IMG/VR virus record: IMGVR_UViG_3300045988_166916
DNA from: a virus
Reading direction: 5' to 3' (one strand)
Length of the DNA: 43,624 bases
The notes beneath the pieces are model-generated. The model was given only the letters and a program-made list of their open reading frames with translations, made no database searches and was not told the DNA's origin. Positions 24,993 through 33,970 of this stretch are shown here, one piece after another. Numbering within the stretch: the first letter of the stretch is position 1; each line of letters starts with the position of its first letter. The position numbers were made by a program, and so were the translations under genes.

Positions 24993-25472
24993 CTATTTGA
25001 GTGTTAATGTCGCGGCCCATCCGTCCCATCCGCCGAACCGTCCGGCTTCCGGCAGGATTACTGCTTCGACGAACTCCATTCCTCTCAGTAGGGGGCATGG
25101 CCCGGAGATGTTCGCTCCGCATATATCGTTGATAAATTTGGTGAGCAAGGCTTGCAAGACATTGAGAGTTTCCAGATAGAGCCAGTCGGTTTGTTCCTGC
25201 GTGCGTGTTTGCTCCTTACCTTTTTCGAGAACGAAGATGATGAGCGTGTGCGGCCCTTTGATGTTATCGCAGTCTCCGGTGAGCGTTGCCTCCGGGAGTG
25301 AGATCACGATTTGACGAGGTTCGCGTTTGGGAGAGTTGAGCACGAGCGTTCCTTGGTCCTCGTTTGCCACGAGGAAAGGCGCCGGAACATCGGTCATGCC
25401 TTCGTGGATGTTTCGGCAGTACTTAATCAGTCTTGTGATTTTTTCGAGCATTGTCGGCGTTGTATTTGTCAT
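24993..25472 (-). CDS. Hypothetical virion-module protein.
   Basis: 159-aa ORF with a verified ATG. No motif recognised. Confidence 0.55.
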   Translation of the reverse strand: MTNTTPTMLEKITRLIKYCRNIHEGMTDVPAPFLVANEDQGTLVLNSPKREPRQIVISLPEATLTGDCDNIKGPHTLIIFVLEKGKEQTRTQEQTDWLYLETLNVLQALLTKFINDICGANISGPCPLLRGMEFVEAVILPEAGRFGGWDGWAATLTLK

Positions 25473-26301
25473 TGAGTAATAGGAGAAGCACGTCGATTAT
25501 GTTTGTCGCGGATGTCTCCTTCATGTCGCCGAAGGTTCGGCGCTCGGCCATGTTGAACAATGTCCCGAGCCATCCGAGTGATTTCCCGGGGGGCTCGTTG
25601 TCGTTAAACAGCGGCGCAAATGATACCTCGCGGCCGTTGATCGTGAAGGTGCCGCGCTGGAGGTTATCGACGCATGCAGCGTACCAGAGCAGGAACAGAT
25701 GTTTTTTCCAGGATGGCACAAACCGGAAGATGCGGGCGGTGCGTTCCGTGCGGTCGATGTCGAGCGGTTCGACTCGCCGGCCGGCCGGTTGCTGTGGTCC
25801 GGGGCGGCGGTAGAGCGTGGCGAGCAGGTTGTCTATGTGCCGGGAGTCCTTAGTTGCTGTATAGAGCGTCAGTTCGGCGTCGGCCGCGATCAGCTCTTCG
25901 AATGAAATATCCATGAGGGCGTCAGCCGGGCCGACCAACCGGCGCCATCCTATGCGCAGGGTTGGCAAGTGGTTCTCCAAACAGTCGAATGCGGGGAGGA
26001 GTTCGTCGTTATTCGTTGAAAAGAGGAACCCGAGGAGTTCTTCGGCCAGGAGTACTACTTTCTCCGCTCGACGATGTGCTGCGGCCGGATGCAGGCGTTC
26101 CCAGACGATGCTGCGCACGGTACGCTTTATTCCGGCGAGTTTGTAAAGCACACGTATCCGGAACTCCGTGAGAGATATGCGACCGCATTGGAGTGCGTGA
26201 AATTGCCGCATGACGTGGAAGAGTTGCGGTCGGGTCATCTCGGCGTAGGAGGACGGAATGTTGACCGCAATTCCAGCTTCGGGTATTTCAATGCGGTTCA
26301 T
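25423..26301 (-). CDS. Hypothetical virion-module protein.
   Basis: 292-aa ORF with a verified ATG. It overlaps the next gene by 50 nt. Confidence 0.55.
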   Translation of the reverse strand: MNRIEIPEAGIAVNIPSSYAEMTRPQLFHVMRQFHALQCGRISLTEFRIRVLYKLAGIKRTVRSIVWERLHPAAAHRRAEKVVLLAEELLGFLFSTNNDELLPAFDCLENHLPTLRIGWRRLVGPADALMDISFEELIAADAELTLYTATKDSRHIDNLLATLYRRPGPQQPAGRRVEPLDIDRTERTARIFRFVPSWKKHLFLLWYAACVDNLQRGTFTINGREVSFAPLFNDNEPPGKSLGWLGTLFNMAERRTFGDMKETSATNIIDVLLLLLNDKYNADNARKNHKTD

Positions 26302-27254
26302 CAGGTTAAGCAGTATTTTTTCGACGGATCGTTATCCGGCAAGAGTGCGACATGCCGTGCCGGATTTCGGCGGTTGGTCACGGCTTTTTGAAGTTCTGTT
26401 TTCGCGTCGGTGGCTTCTTGCTCCAATGTGCAGAGCAGTTTTCGTGTTGCGGCATCGTCGATATTGCCGCCTCGGCCGCCTTGGAAAGAGTCGGAGAATC
26501 GGCGCACGATCATCGTCGGCAGAATCTTGACCGACATGCGTTTCACCGCGGTAATGACGGCATAGAGGGGGATGCAGAGTTTCGCGGTTGCAAATTGCTC
26601 GGCCAAATCCTCGCCGATGTCGCCGGCCTTCATGCGTTCGAATGCTTCTTCGCCAACGATAGGCCGGATAATGCGGTCTTGCGCCTCCAGCATGAACGGC
26701 ACGAGGATATAGAACATGCGGGGTGAATCTTCGAGCGGGAATACAGCCTGGAAGGTGTCGAGGTCTTTGATAAAGCACTCGGCGAGTTTTTGCCGGAGCG
26801 GGGAGGTCTTCCATTCTTCGATCTGTTCCTCCTCCAAAAAGGTGTAGAGTTCATCGAGCGAACGGTAGTATTTGTCGAGTAAAGCCTGGTCGTCGCGGTC
26901 GTACTGCCATTGCCAAGGCATTTTTTCGCTTTCTTCGTGGATTTTGACTTTGCGGCCGCCGTCCTCGTGCGAAAGGATGTTCTGTTGGTAGAAGCGCACC
27001 ATGGCGAGTTGTGCGATAGCTGTTTGTATCGCAGTTACGAGCTGCGAGTCGATCCCGCCGTCTTGTGCAGTGAACTCCGGTGTCCGGTAGTATTTCTCAG
27101 CCCGGTCGAAAATTCCGGGTCCGATGAGTTTTCGGATGGTCCGGCTTGCGGAATTTATTTCCGATTCGATGACTGCGAAGTCGTTGCTCTGGAAATAGGT
27201 GCCGACGAGAGTCTGGATTTCCTTGGCGCCGTCATTGTCTTTATTGAAAATCAT
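26301..27254 (-). CDS. Hypothetical protein downstream of the portal (possible head completion or adaptor protein, by position only).
   Basis: 317-aa ORF with a verified ATG. Confidence 0.55.
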   Translation of the reverse strand: MIFNKDNDGAKEIQTLVGTYFQSNDFAVIESEINSASRTIRKLIGPGIFDRAEKYYRTPEFTAQDGGIDSQLVTAIQTAIAQLAMVRFYQQNILSHEDGGRKVKIHEESEKMPWQWQYDRDDQALLDKYYRSLDELYTFLEEEQIEEWKTSPLRQKLAECFIKDLDTFQAVFPLEDSPRMFYILVPFMLEAQDRIIRPIVGEEAFERMKAGDIGEDLAEQFATAKLCIPLYAVITAVKRMSVKILPTMIVRRFSDSFQGGRGGNIDDAATRKLLCTLEQEATDAKTELQKAVTNRRNPARHVALLPDNDPSKKYCLT

Positions 27255-27258
27255 GGTT

Positions 27259-28629
27259 CTAATTGTTTCGGATTCGATCTTCTGGGGCTGTTTCCTCCTG
27301 CGTCATGAGGCTCTGGTGGTAAAATCCGAGCTGGAGATCTGTTTCGGGAAAGTTGAAACGGATCGCCTGGTTAATGGGGTCAAGGATGACCATTTCGGGG
27401 ATCGCCACGTCGGAGAGTTTGTAAATTTGATGCGCATAGAGCATCTCCGATCCGGAGGCGAGTTTCCCGTTGACCATGATGTTCGTGAGCGATGGGTGGA
27501 GTTGCATGCCCGAGGTGATCGCGGAATTCGCCGCTTCGCCGATTTTAAGCTGCGATTCGACGAAATCCTTGATCTTTTGGTCTACGGCTTCTATTTTCCA
27601 TGTGCAGAGGTTCCCGTCGGGATCGTAAAAGTCGATGGATTCGAAAAATTTGCCCGCATTCTTCTTGCCGGAGAGCACTTCGGTAATTGTACCCATGATT
27701 TTGTCTTTCAACACGGCGACCATTGCGTCGAGTTCCGTTTCCTGGGCATCCGGGTGTTTTTCACGCAATACGTCTTTTTTGCGCTCCCAGTAGAGAGCCG
27801 GCGAGTGGATGTGGTATGCGAGGTTGAGTCCGTTGTCGGTAACGTATCGGAATATCGTGGGGATGTCGGAACCGCGCAATATCCATCGGATCGCCCCCAT
27901 GAAGGCCGGTGTCGAATAGAAGTTGCGACCGAACGAATAGGAATAGTTGTACGATGCCGACACGGGATATTTTCCCGGGTCGAACGGATCGTACACGGGG
28001 AAAGTCCTCACGCCTGATGTGAGGCAATCGTTTTCGAAGTCTCCGACGAAAATGTGCTTTACATCTTCCAGTTGCCGGCTCTCGGCCCATTCGAGGCGGG
28101 CGTTCGTTGCCTTGACGAATTGAAGGCGTGCGATGCGGGGTTTGCGGCCGAGACGGTCGCCGAGGCGCTGACCGCGTTCGAGGATGTGCAAGGCGAAGAA
28201 TCCTTGCAGGTGGAGGTAATCGACCAGCGCTTTTTCGATGAACCGTTTGGCGTCCCAGGAGCGGAGCCATGCGGAAATGTTCGGATCGTCATCGTATTCG
28301 CGGATAATGCGGCCGTCTTTCACTCGGTGCCGGTAGAGAAATGCTCCCTGCCCGTAGAGCAGACCTTTCTGCCGTTGGAGAATCCCGGGCGCGAGGTTAT
28401 TGTCCTGCACCAGATCGCGCACCATGACGGGCATGTCGTTCCCGGGGCCGAAGGCCACGATACGCTTGCCCATGACATTCTGGTAGGAGTACTCCCAGTT
28501 CGGATTGCGTGCGGCGTTGAATATCGTCATGTCGCCGCCATAGCTTCGTCCGGTGGAAATTGAATAGGCCATTTGTCCGGCTTCCACGACAAATGACGAA
28601 GGGGAAATTTTATGTATTTTCGTTTTCAT
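27259..28629 (-). CDS. Putative portal protein.
   Basis: 456 aa. It is the first large ORF after the terminase large subunit. The call rests on size and position; I have no diagnostic motif. Confidence 0.55.
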   Translation of the reverse strand: MKTKIHKISPSSFVVEAGQMAYSISTGRSYGGDMTIFNAARNPNWEYSYQNVMGKRIVAFGPGNDMPVMVRDLVQDNNLAPGILQRQKGLLYGQGAFLYRHRVKDGRIIREYDDDPNISAWLRSWDAKRFIEKALVDYLHLQGFFALHILERGQRLGDRLGRKPRIARLQFVKATNARLEWAESRQLEDVKHIFVGDFENDCLTSGVRTFPVYDPFDPGKYPVSASYNYSYSFGRNFYSTPAFMGAIRWILRGSDIPTIFRYVTDNGLNLAYHIHSPALYWERKKDVLREKHPDAQETELDAMVAVLKDKIMGTITEVLSGKKNAGKFFESIDFYDPDGNLCTWKIEAVDQKIKDFVESQLKIGEAANSAITSGMQLHPSLTNIMVNGKLASGSEMLYAHQIYKLSDVAIPEMVILDPINQAIRFNFPETDLQLGFYHQSLMTQEETAPEDRIRNN

Positions 28630-28895
28630 GCGTAGACTTTCTCTCCGTTGAACGACATCAGAAGGGGCTGGTAGAAATGACGTGCCCGGCCGGTGTCGAT
28701 GTCGATGTATTCTTCGATGATTTCGGCATGGCGGTGGTGCGTGTCCTGTGCCCTGGCTCGGAGGCGGGCGTGGCGTACCTCGACGATTCCCTCGCTCCGG
28801 CCGGCGGAACTATTGTAGGACATGAACGAGAAACTGAAGGTTTCGTTCTTGCGCGAGAGTTCCCGCATGCGTCGTATGGCATCGAATAGTTCCAT
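28626..28895 (-). CDS. Hypothetical small protein (89 aa) coupled to the portal gene.
   Basis: Track ORF 28626..29363 trimmed to the ATG at 28895 (MELFDAIRRMRELSRK...). The upstream part of the track ORF crosses terminator hairpins and is low-complexity. A TATTTTTG motif ends 4 nt upstream of this ATG. An alternative ATG lies at 28868. Confidence 0.5.
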   Translation of the reverse strand: MELFDAIRRMRELSRKNETFSFSFMSYNSSAGRSEGIVEVRHARLRARAQDTHHRHAEIIEEYIDIDTGRARHFYQPLLMSFNGEKVYA

Positions 28896-28989
28896 ACGGC
28901 AAAAATAGCGGTGCGGTGGTGTGGGATAAAGGACAAAAAATGTGAATCCGCTATTGTTTCGGGTATATTTTTTCGTAATTTTGTCCCTG

Positions 28990-29071
28990 TACATAGGGTT
29001 GAATCCGCAGGCGAGAGCCGACGAATTTGATCCACTTTCGGGAGGGAAGGCGTTATTCCCTCCCTTTTTTT
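28990..29071 (+). ncRNA. Candidate small plus-strand RNA of about 80 nt (promoter motif plus intrinsic terminator).
   Basis: TAATTTTG (TAnnTTTG) lies at 28976..28983 on the plus strand. A perfect 9-bp hairpin GGGAGGGAA-ggcgtta-TTCCCTCCC (29040..29064) is followed by T7 (29065..29071). No convincing protein frame. Confidence 0.25.
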
Positions 29072-29188
29072 GCCCGTTTTGCGGGTTGAAAAATCCGTTT
29101 TCAGCTTCAAAAATCCCGATTTTGCGACCTTTTTCGAGTGATATTTTATATTTGTGCTTATAAATCAATTTGTTCTGCGGTTTCGACG

Positions 29189-29215
29189 AAAAAAACGCTT
29201 CACGATGTGAAACCG
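29189..29215 (-). terminator. Second (tandem) minus-strand terminator downstream of terL.
   Basis: The minus strand reads GTTTCAC-atc-GTGAAGC followed by G and T7 (the A-run at 29189..29195). Confidence 0.45.
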
Positions 29216-29320
29216 AAGCCCGCCCCGCCCTCTTCTTCGTTTGCAATCGCACGGGTTCGAAAAGGTGATATATGAGGGGCCATTGTTTCGGATCGGGGAG
29301 GGTGCCGGGGAGGGGGTACG

Positions 29321-29347
29321 AAAAAGAGGACGGCATTCGCCGCCCTC
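29321..29347 (-). terminator. Rho-independent terminator immediately after terL.
   Basis: The minus strand reads GAGGGCGGC-gaat-GCCGTCCTC followed by TTTTT. Confidence 0.65.
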
Positions 29348-29370
29348 TCGATATGCGAGGCAATATTGTT

Positions 29371-31152
29371 CTATCGCACGGAGACGTCGCCGGCCGTGCC
29401 GCCGGGGAGTCCGCGGCCGAGGTTTCGTTTGACGATGGCGATCCACTCCTTGCGCATCATCATATATTTGAATGCGTCCGAAAAATTTGTCGATGTGACG
29501 AGGCGCTTGTGGTCGGAGGATTTTTCGGCACTCTTATCCTTGCCGATGCGGCCTTTCGAGTCTACGATCGTCTTAGCCAGTTCGAGCGATGCTTTGAGAT
29601 TGCGGCAATGTATGGCGTCGATCTGCAATTCGGGCAGGCGCGGATTGTGTCCGGTCATCAGTTCTTGCATGAAGATATACTCGTCGGACATAGGAATATT
29701 CGCCTGACCGAGTGACATGAGCTGTACGCGCCAGCCGGTCGGTGATCCCGTGGCGTTTCGTTCTATGGCTTCTTTGATTTGGACGGCCATAGATTGATTG
29801 CTTCCCTTGTAGTTATTGCCGCTTCGGTCGTAGTAGAATTTAACGACCTTGTGTTTGTGAGGCGCGAAGAAGTGCAGAAACTTGTCGGCCAGTTCGCGCA
29901 CCCACTCGGGCGGGAGACTGAAGAACTCTTTGAGGATGCGCAGCACGCGGCCGTCGTCCTGTGCTATGAGCATGGAGAGCATGTTGCCGAAGTCCATCGA
30001 CATGTCGATTGCACGGTTGGGATTGAGGTGCCGGAGCAGACGGCAGTCCTCGGTGTCATGGAAGCCGAGTGCCTTTTCCACGGCCGCGATGTTCCCGTCT
30101 GTATAGAAGTGGCGTTCGCCCAAGTTGGGGTAGAACTGCTGTCCCTTCTCGATGCGGGGAGGCATCGACAATATTGCGGCATTGACGTCGGAGAGCTGTG
30201 AGGCGAGCGCGTCGGCGAACCATTGCGGGGATAAGATATCAACGTTGACGTAACTCGAAACGATTAGGAACATGCTCTGAGCCTTTTCATGGTGGCGAAG
30301 ATTGTACCAGCGTTCCATCCAGCGGTTCGCGGTCTTGTATTTGTTCAGATATTCTTGGCGGTCGGCATCGGCCTGCGTGCGGTAGAACTTTTCTTTGGCA
30401 GCGATATACTCTTGCACGGCGTCGTTCGCTATGGAGGCCGTTTTCCATACGAGAAGTAAGGTCTCGGGGTCCATTTCCTTGGCTCCTTTGAAAATCCAGT
30501 CGTATTCGCCGGTATTGCCGGTGTTGGGCATGTCGGTCGTGAAGGTTTCACCCAGATAGAAGGGAGAGTGTCCGAATTGCAGACGGTAGCCGCGTCGGGC
30601 TTTGAGGAGGTTGCCGATCTTGGCCTCGGCAAAATATTTCACCTCGTCGCCGAATACATGGACATAGGAGCGTCCGGCAAGGGACGCCGGGCGATCGAGC
30701 GAGCCGAAGGTAATGTTCAATCCGGTGAAAAATACGATTGTCCGCTTGTAGGAGATGATTTTGTTGTAGGGTTTCCAGAAGTAGGGCTTGAGCCATTTCG
30801 GGAGGTCGGCGCATTCCTTTTCCGTGAAGGTTGGCGGTTGTTTCTCTACGACATAGTGGACGCCATCGCGGAACCCTTTGCGCTCGAGGGCCTCGAATAC
30901 CATCGGGAGGACGTTCGCCGTGAGGTTGGCGAAGGTATCGGCCACCCATGCCACCGGGGCCCCCGGCATGTCGTAGACCATTTCTATCAGCCGTTCGACT
31001 TGTATTTCGGTCGTCTTGGCCGAACCTCGTCCGGCGACGAGCCGAAGTTTACGGGGCATAATCATCGCGCAGAATTGGGCGAGCCAGTTCATAAACTGGA
31101 GATCGACATAGACTTTCTTCTCAGGCCCTTTAATTTTCGCTCTGTTTCCCAT
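29371..31152 (-). CDS. terL: Terminase large subunit.
   Basis: 593 aa. Walker A is LRLVAGRGSAKTT. The size and two-domain ATPase/nuclease organisation fit phage TerL. Confidence 0.8.
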   Translation of the reverse strand: MGNRAKIKGPEKKVYVDLQFMNWLAQFCAMIMPRKLRLVAGRGSAKTTEIQVERLIEMVYDMPGAPVAWVADTFANLTANVLPMVFEALERKGFRDGVHYVVEKQPPTFTEKECADLPKWLKPYFWKPYNKIISYKRTIVFFTGLNITFGSLDRPASLAGRSYVHVFGDEVKYFAEAKIGNLLKARRGYRLQFGHSPFYLGETFTTDMPNTGNTGEYDWIFKGAKEMDPETLLLVWKTASIANDAVQEYIAAKEKFYRTQADADRQEYLNKYKTANRWMERWYNLRHHEKAQSMFLIVSSYVNVDILSPQWFADALASQLSDVNAAILSMPPRIEKGQQFYPNLGERHFYTDGNIAAVEKALGFHDTEDCRLLRHLNPNRAIDMSMDFGNMLSMLIAQDDGRVLRILKEFFSLPPEWVRELADKFLHFFAPHKHKVVKFYYDRSGNNYKGSNQSMAVQIKEAIERNATGSPTGWRVQLMSLGQANIPMSDEYIFMQELMTGHNPRLPELQIDAIHCRNLKASLELAKTIVDSKGRIGKDKSAEKSSDHKRLVTSTNFSDAFKYMMMRKEWIAIVKRNLGRGLPGGTAGDVSVR

Positions 31153-32074
31153 AGTTCAGAATTTCGATGATGTCCACGTCCTCTATGAGCGACTCCCTGC
31201 GGAGACGGCTCTTGGTTGCTTCCGGAATGTTGAGTCGCTGAATCTGGTCGTTGATCTCCTGGCGGTTCACGGGCGGGAGGCCGATCACATCGGTCGTCAG
31301 CGAGAATACGCGCAAGGGCCGCATGTACATTTGCGGCGGCAGTCGTTGGATTTCGGGCTCGTCGAGTTTGCGGATTTTCGCAGCCTTGGCAATGATCTCG
31401 CTGACGGCTTCGTAGTCTTTAGGAGTCGTTGCTACGTTCTTCGCAGCGTGAGCCAAATCTTCGAGCAGTTCGGCATATTTATTCCGGAGGGCCTCCTTGG
31501 TCGTGTTCCGATTGGAGTAAAACAGCGCGTCGGCCTGGTTGTAATAGTCCGCGGCCCGGTCATAACTATATCCGAGTTGCTGGGTCAGAAACTTGATCGC
31601 TGCTCGTTTGCCCACCTGGCGATCTATGGAGTTGATGATCGAGAGCAGGTCGAGAAATAGCTTTTCGTTGTTCGAGAGATCATTCGTGCGGCCTTCTGCC
31701 ATGTACTCGTAGACGCGGCGAAAGGCTTTCTCGTTGTCGAAAGTGCCGAATATGTCGAGTTTCGAGGTTTTGAACGACTTTTCGCGCCGGATTTTTTCGA
31801 GGTGGTTGATAGCCGGCAGGTCGCCGGCTTCAGCGTTTCTGAGCAGTTTCTTATTAATCGTTGCCAATGCTTGCAGGCGTCCGCGGGTTATGGCCAGCGT
31901 GATGATGCTCTCGGGATCGTTGTATTCGGCGGTGAATTGGGCGATGTCGAAGCTGAAATAGATGGCCATGTCACGCGGTTCCCACTCTAAGGCCCCGAAT
32001 TGCTGGAGTTCTTCGATTTGCTCACGGGTTAAGGTGTCCCCGATTCTATTTCGCTCGTAGATTTGTTTGGGCAT
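31130..32074 (-). CDS. Putative terminase small subunit / DNA-packaging accessory protein.
   Basis: 314 aa, overlapping terL by 23 nt. The N-terminal region is HTH-like (LTREQIEELQQFGALEWEPRDMAIYF). The call rests mainly on position. Confidence 0.4.
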   Translation of the reverse strand: MPKQIYERNRIGDTLTREQIEELQQFGALEWEPRDMAIYFSFDIAQFTAEYNDPESIITLAITRGRLQALATINKKLLRNAEAGDLPAINHLEKIRREKSFKTSKLDIFGTFDNEKAFRRVYEYMAEGRTNDLSNNEKLFLDLLSIINSIDRQVGKRAAIKFLTQQLGYSYDRAADYYNQADALFYSNRNTTKEALRNKYAELLEDLAHAAKNVATTPKDYEAVSEIIAKAAKIRKLDEPEIQRLPPQMYMRPLRVFSLTTDVIGLPPVNRQEINDQIQRLNIPEATKSRLRRESLIEDVDIIEILNYGKQSEN

Positions 32075-32753
32075 TGGTGTAGGCGTCTATGAGTTTATCC
32101 ACTTCAGCCAGAAGTGTCTCCTTTTGGTGTCGGCGCTTTTCCCGCTCGGCTTGCAGGTAGGGTTTTGTCCCTTTTTTGATTTCGTCATTGATGCGCCAGA
32201 TTGCCGACCGTAGGCGCCGTTGTTCGGCGAGCAGCTCCACGATGTTCAGTCCGTGGAGTTGTTGCCGTTGGCGCAGGTACTCGAAAATCCGATGTTTGCC
32301 GAGTATCGCACCATGTTCTCGATAGTAGTCGAGTTCCTGGAATATCGCGCGGTTTTCCAGAAAGTTCTCGATGGCCTCCCGGGCGGTGGTGTAACACTCG
32401 TTGAGTGTTGTGCAGTCGAACAGCCGTTCGTGTGCCTGGATATACCGTTCGTGTGCTGTGATTTTATCCGCAGCGAGGATTTTTAACTCGGGCGGACAAT
32501 CCGGAGCCCGGAGGAAGGGAAAATCGTCGCGGAATCTTCGTCGCGCAGGGCGTGCCTCTTCGCTTGGGGGTGTTATGCCGGCCAGGGTGCACAATTTTTC
32601 AATCAGCAAGGGCCGGTATTTCGCGGGCTTTATTTTGACGAGTGACGCGAATCGGGTGTTGTTGCTGAATTGAGAAAAGAGCAGGAGGCCGGCTGTGACC
32701 TCGGCTCCTGCTCTCAACCATGCGCGGATTTCCGCCGTCAAGCTATCATTCAT
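32046..32753 (-). CDS. Hypothetical protein.
   Basis: 235-aa ORF with a verified ATG. It is helical and Arg/Glu-rich. Confidence 0.55.
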   Translation of the reverse strand: MNDSLTAEIRAWLRAGAEVTAGLLLFSQFSNNTRFASLVKIKPAKYRPLLIEKLCTLAGITPPSEEARPARRRFRDDFPFLRAPDCPPELKILAADKITAHERYIQAHERLFDCTTLNECYTTAREAIENFLENRAIFQELDYYREHGAILGKHRIFEYLRQRQQLHGLNIVELLAEQRRLRSAIWRINDEIKKGTKPYLQAEREKRRHQKETLLAEVDKLIDAYTNAQTNLRAK

Positions 32754-33405
32754 CCTTTACGAGTAGCGCGAGTCGGCTTTTGATGGCGGCGAAGCCTTCA
32801 CCGTAGGCGCAGATGAAACGCTTTCGGATGAGTGCCTCGGCGACGGTTCCCATGCACTCAGGACACCGTACGGCATAGCTCACGGTGTTGCCGAAAGTCA
32901 TGCCGATTTCCTCGGGCAGCTCTCCGGGGTGGGCGATACCGTTGTACACTTCGAGGAACTCCTCTTCGGTGTAGGTGTCGCCGAGTTTTTCGAGGGCTTG
33001 GAGCACGGCTGTTGCTTCGACGAGGAACGGAAGCCCCGTGCAGGGTGTTACCACCCATTTGTCGGAGTCCGGCTTCGGTTTCATGCGGCGGACGCGATAA
33101 GCCGTGAGGTCGGCGAGATTGACGCGGTGCGTCGGGAAGCAGTTCGCCGGGACGATGATGAACGGGTCGGGGATGTCGTCGTTGGCTATCACCCGGTCGA
33201 TGACTTCGGAGAACGGACCTTCACCGATTTCGACGGGGATGATAATGGCTCCGACGGCTTTCTGCTCCCATACTTTTGTCAGCAGGGGCAGAGCCTCGGC
33301 CGAGCCGAGTACAACGATGGAAATCCCGAGCTGGGGAACGGGCCCGGAAGCGGGAATTGCTCCTGCTTCCGGGGTTTTACGTTCCTGGGAATGATCCTTT
33401 GCCAT
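32746..33405 (-). CDS. Hypothetical protein.
   Basis: 219-aa ORF with a verified ATG. Confidence 0.55.
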   Translation of the reverse strand: MAKDHSQERKTPEAGAIPASGPVPQLGISIVVLGSAEALPLLTKVWEQKAVGAIIIPVEIGEGPFSEVIDRVIANDDIPDPFIIVPANCFPTHRVNLADLTAYRVRRMKPKPDSDKWVVTPCTGLPFLVEATAVLQALEKLGDTYTEEEFLEVYNGIAHPGELPEEIGMTFGNTVSYAVRCPECMGTVAEALIRKRFICAYGEGFAAIKSRLALLVKDE

Positions 33406-33409
33406 GGCG

Positions 33410-33958
33410 TCAGAGGGTTTCTCCGGGTTTGGCCGGTTCGTCCATCACTTCGGGCAGTTCTCCCGTGTAGGTAAGGATGCGGAACTCGTCACGGACATCC
33501 TGCTGGAGCGTGATGGTGTTCTTGGCACCTTCCTTTGTGTCCTGGGTTTCGGACTTCAGCGAGAGCGGATTGCAGGGCGAGCCGACGATCTTGGCGCCCT
33601 TGCCGTCGCAACCGCGGACGATGGCGCCGAGGTTGCGGTTGGTGTTGTACTCGGTGAAGTCCTCCATGTCCGTAGAGGTTCCGGGATGTGCGAACTTCAC
33701 GCCCTTTTTGTAGCCGCGGGCATCCGCCTCGCCTTCGGCTTCCTGAAGGAGCTCGATGCTGTCGGGTGTCGCGTATACGGGCTGGAGTTTGGCACCCTCT
33801 TTCAGTTTGAATCCGTCATCGGCAATCGTGACGCCGACCTCCCGGACGGGATAGCTTTCGACGTCATCCATGTCGAAGATAAGGATGTGCGGATTTTTCG
33901 GGGACGGGTTCCCGGCTCCTCCGGCCGGGCGCCCGATTGCTTTCTTTGTGTAAGGCAT
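33410..33958 (-). CDS. Hypothetical structural protein following the capsid gene.
   Basis: 182-aa ORF with a verified ATG. I cannot tell decoration from tail tube by eye. Confidence 0.5.
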   Translation of the reverse strand: MPYTKKAIGRPAGGAGNPSPKNPHILIFDMDDVESYPVREVGVTIADDGFKLKEGAKLQPVYATPDSIELLQEAEGEADARGYKKGVKFAHPGTSTDMEDFTEYNTNRNLGAIVRGCDGKGAKIVGSPCNPLSLKSETQDTKEGAKNTITLQQDVRDEFRILTYTGELPEVMDEPAKPGETL

Positions 33959-33970
33959 AGCTGTTGGTGT

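Noticed and set aside
28942-29163. Plus-strand 73-aa track ORF (MNPLLFRVYFFVILSLYIGL...) inside the terL-portal gap.
   Set aside because: It reads straight through the perfect hairpin and T7 terminator. Its hydrophobicity comes from T-rich non-coding sequence, and it has no supporting start context.
28990-29270. tRNA-like strings (gggttgaatcc at about 28996 and gggttcgaaaagg at about 29253).
   Set aside because: The flanking bases do not form a 5-bp T-stem, and no acceptor or anticodon arms can be drawn by hand. A tRNAscan or ARAGORN run would settle it.
28953-29291. The 10-bp direct repeat ATTGTTTCGG (28953..28962 and 29282..29291), with weakly similar inverted ends, considered as a MITE-like insertion with target-site duplication.
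   Set aside because: A 10-mer match within a region of about 475 bp has roughly a 1-in-10 chance expectation. The putative terminal inverted repeats (TATATTTTTTCG versus TATATCACCTTTTCG) are poor. It needs other copies elsewhere to be credible.
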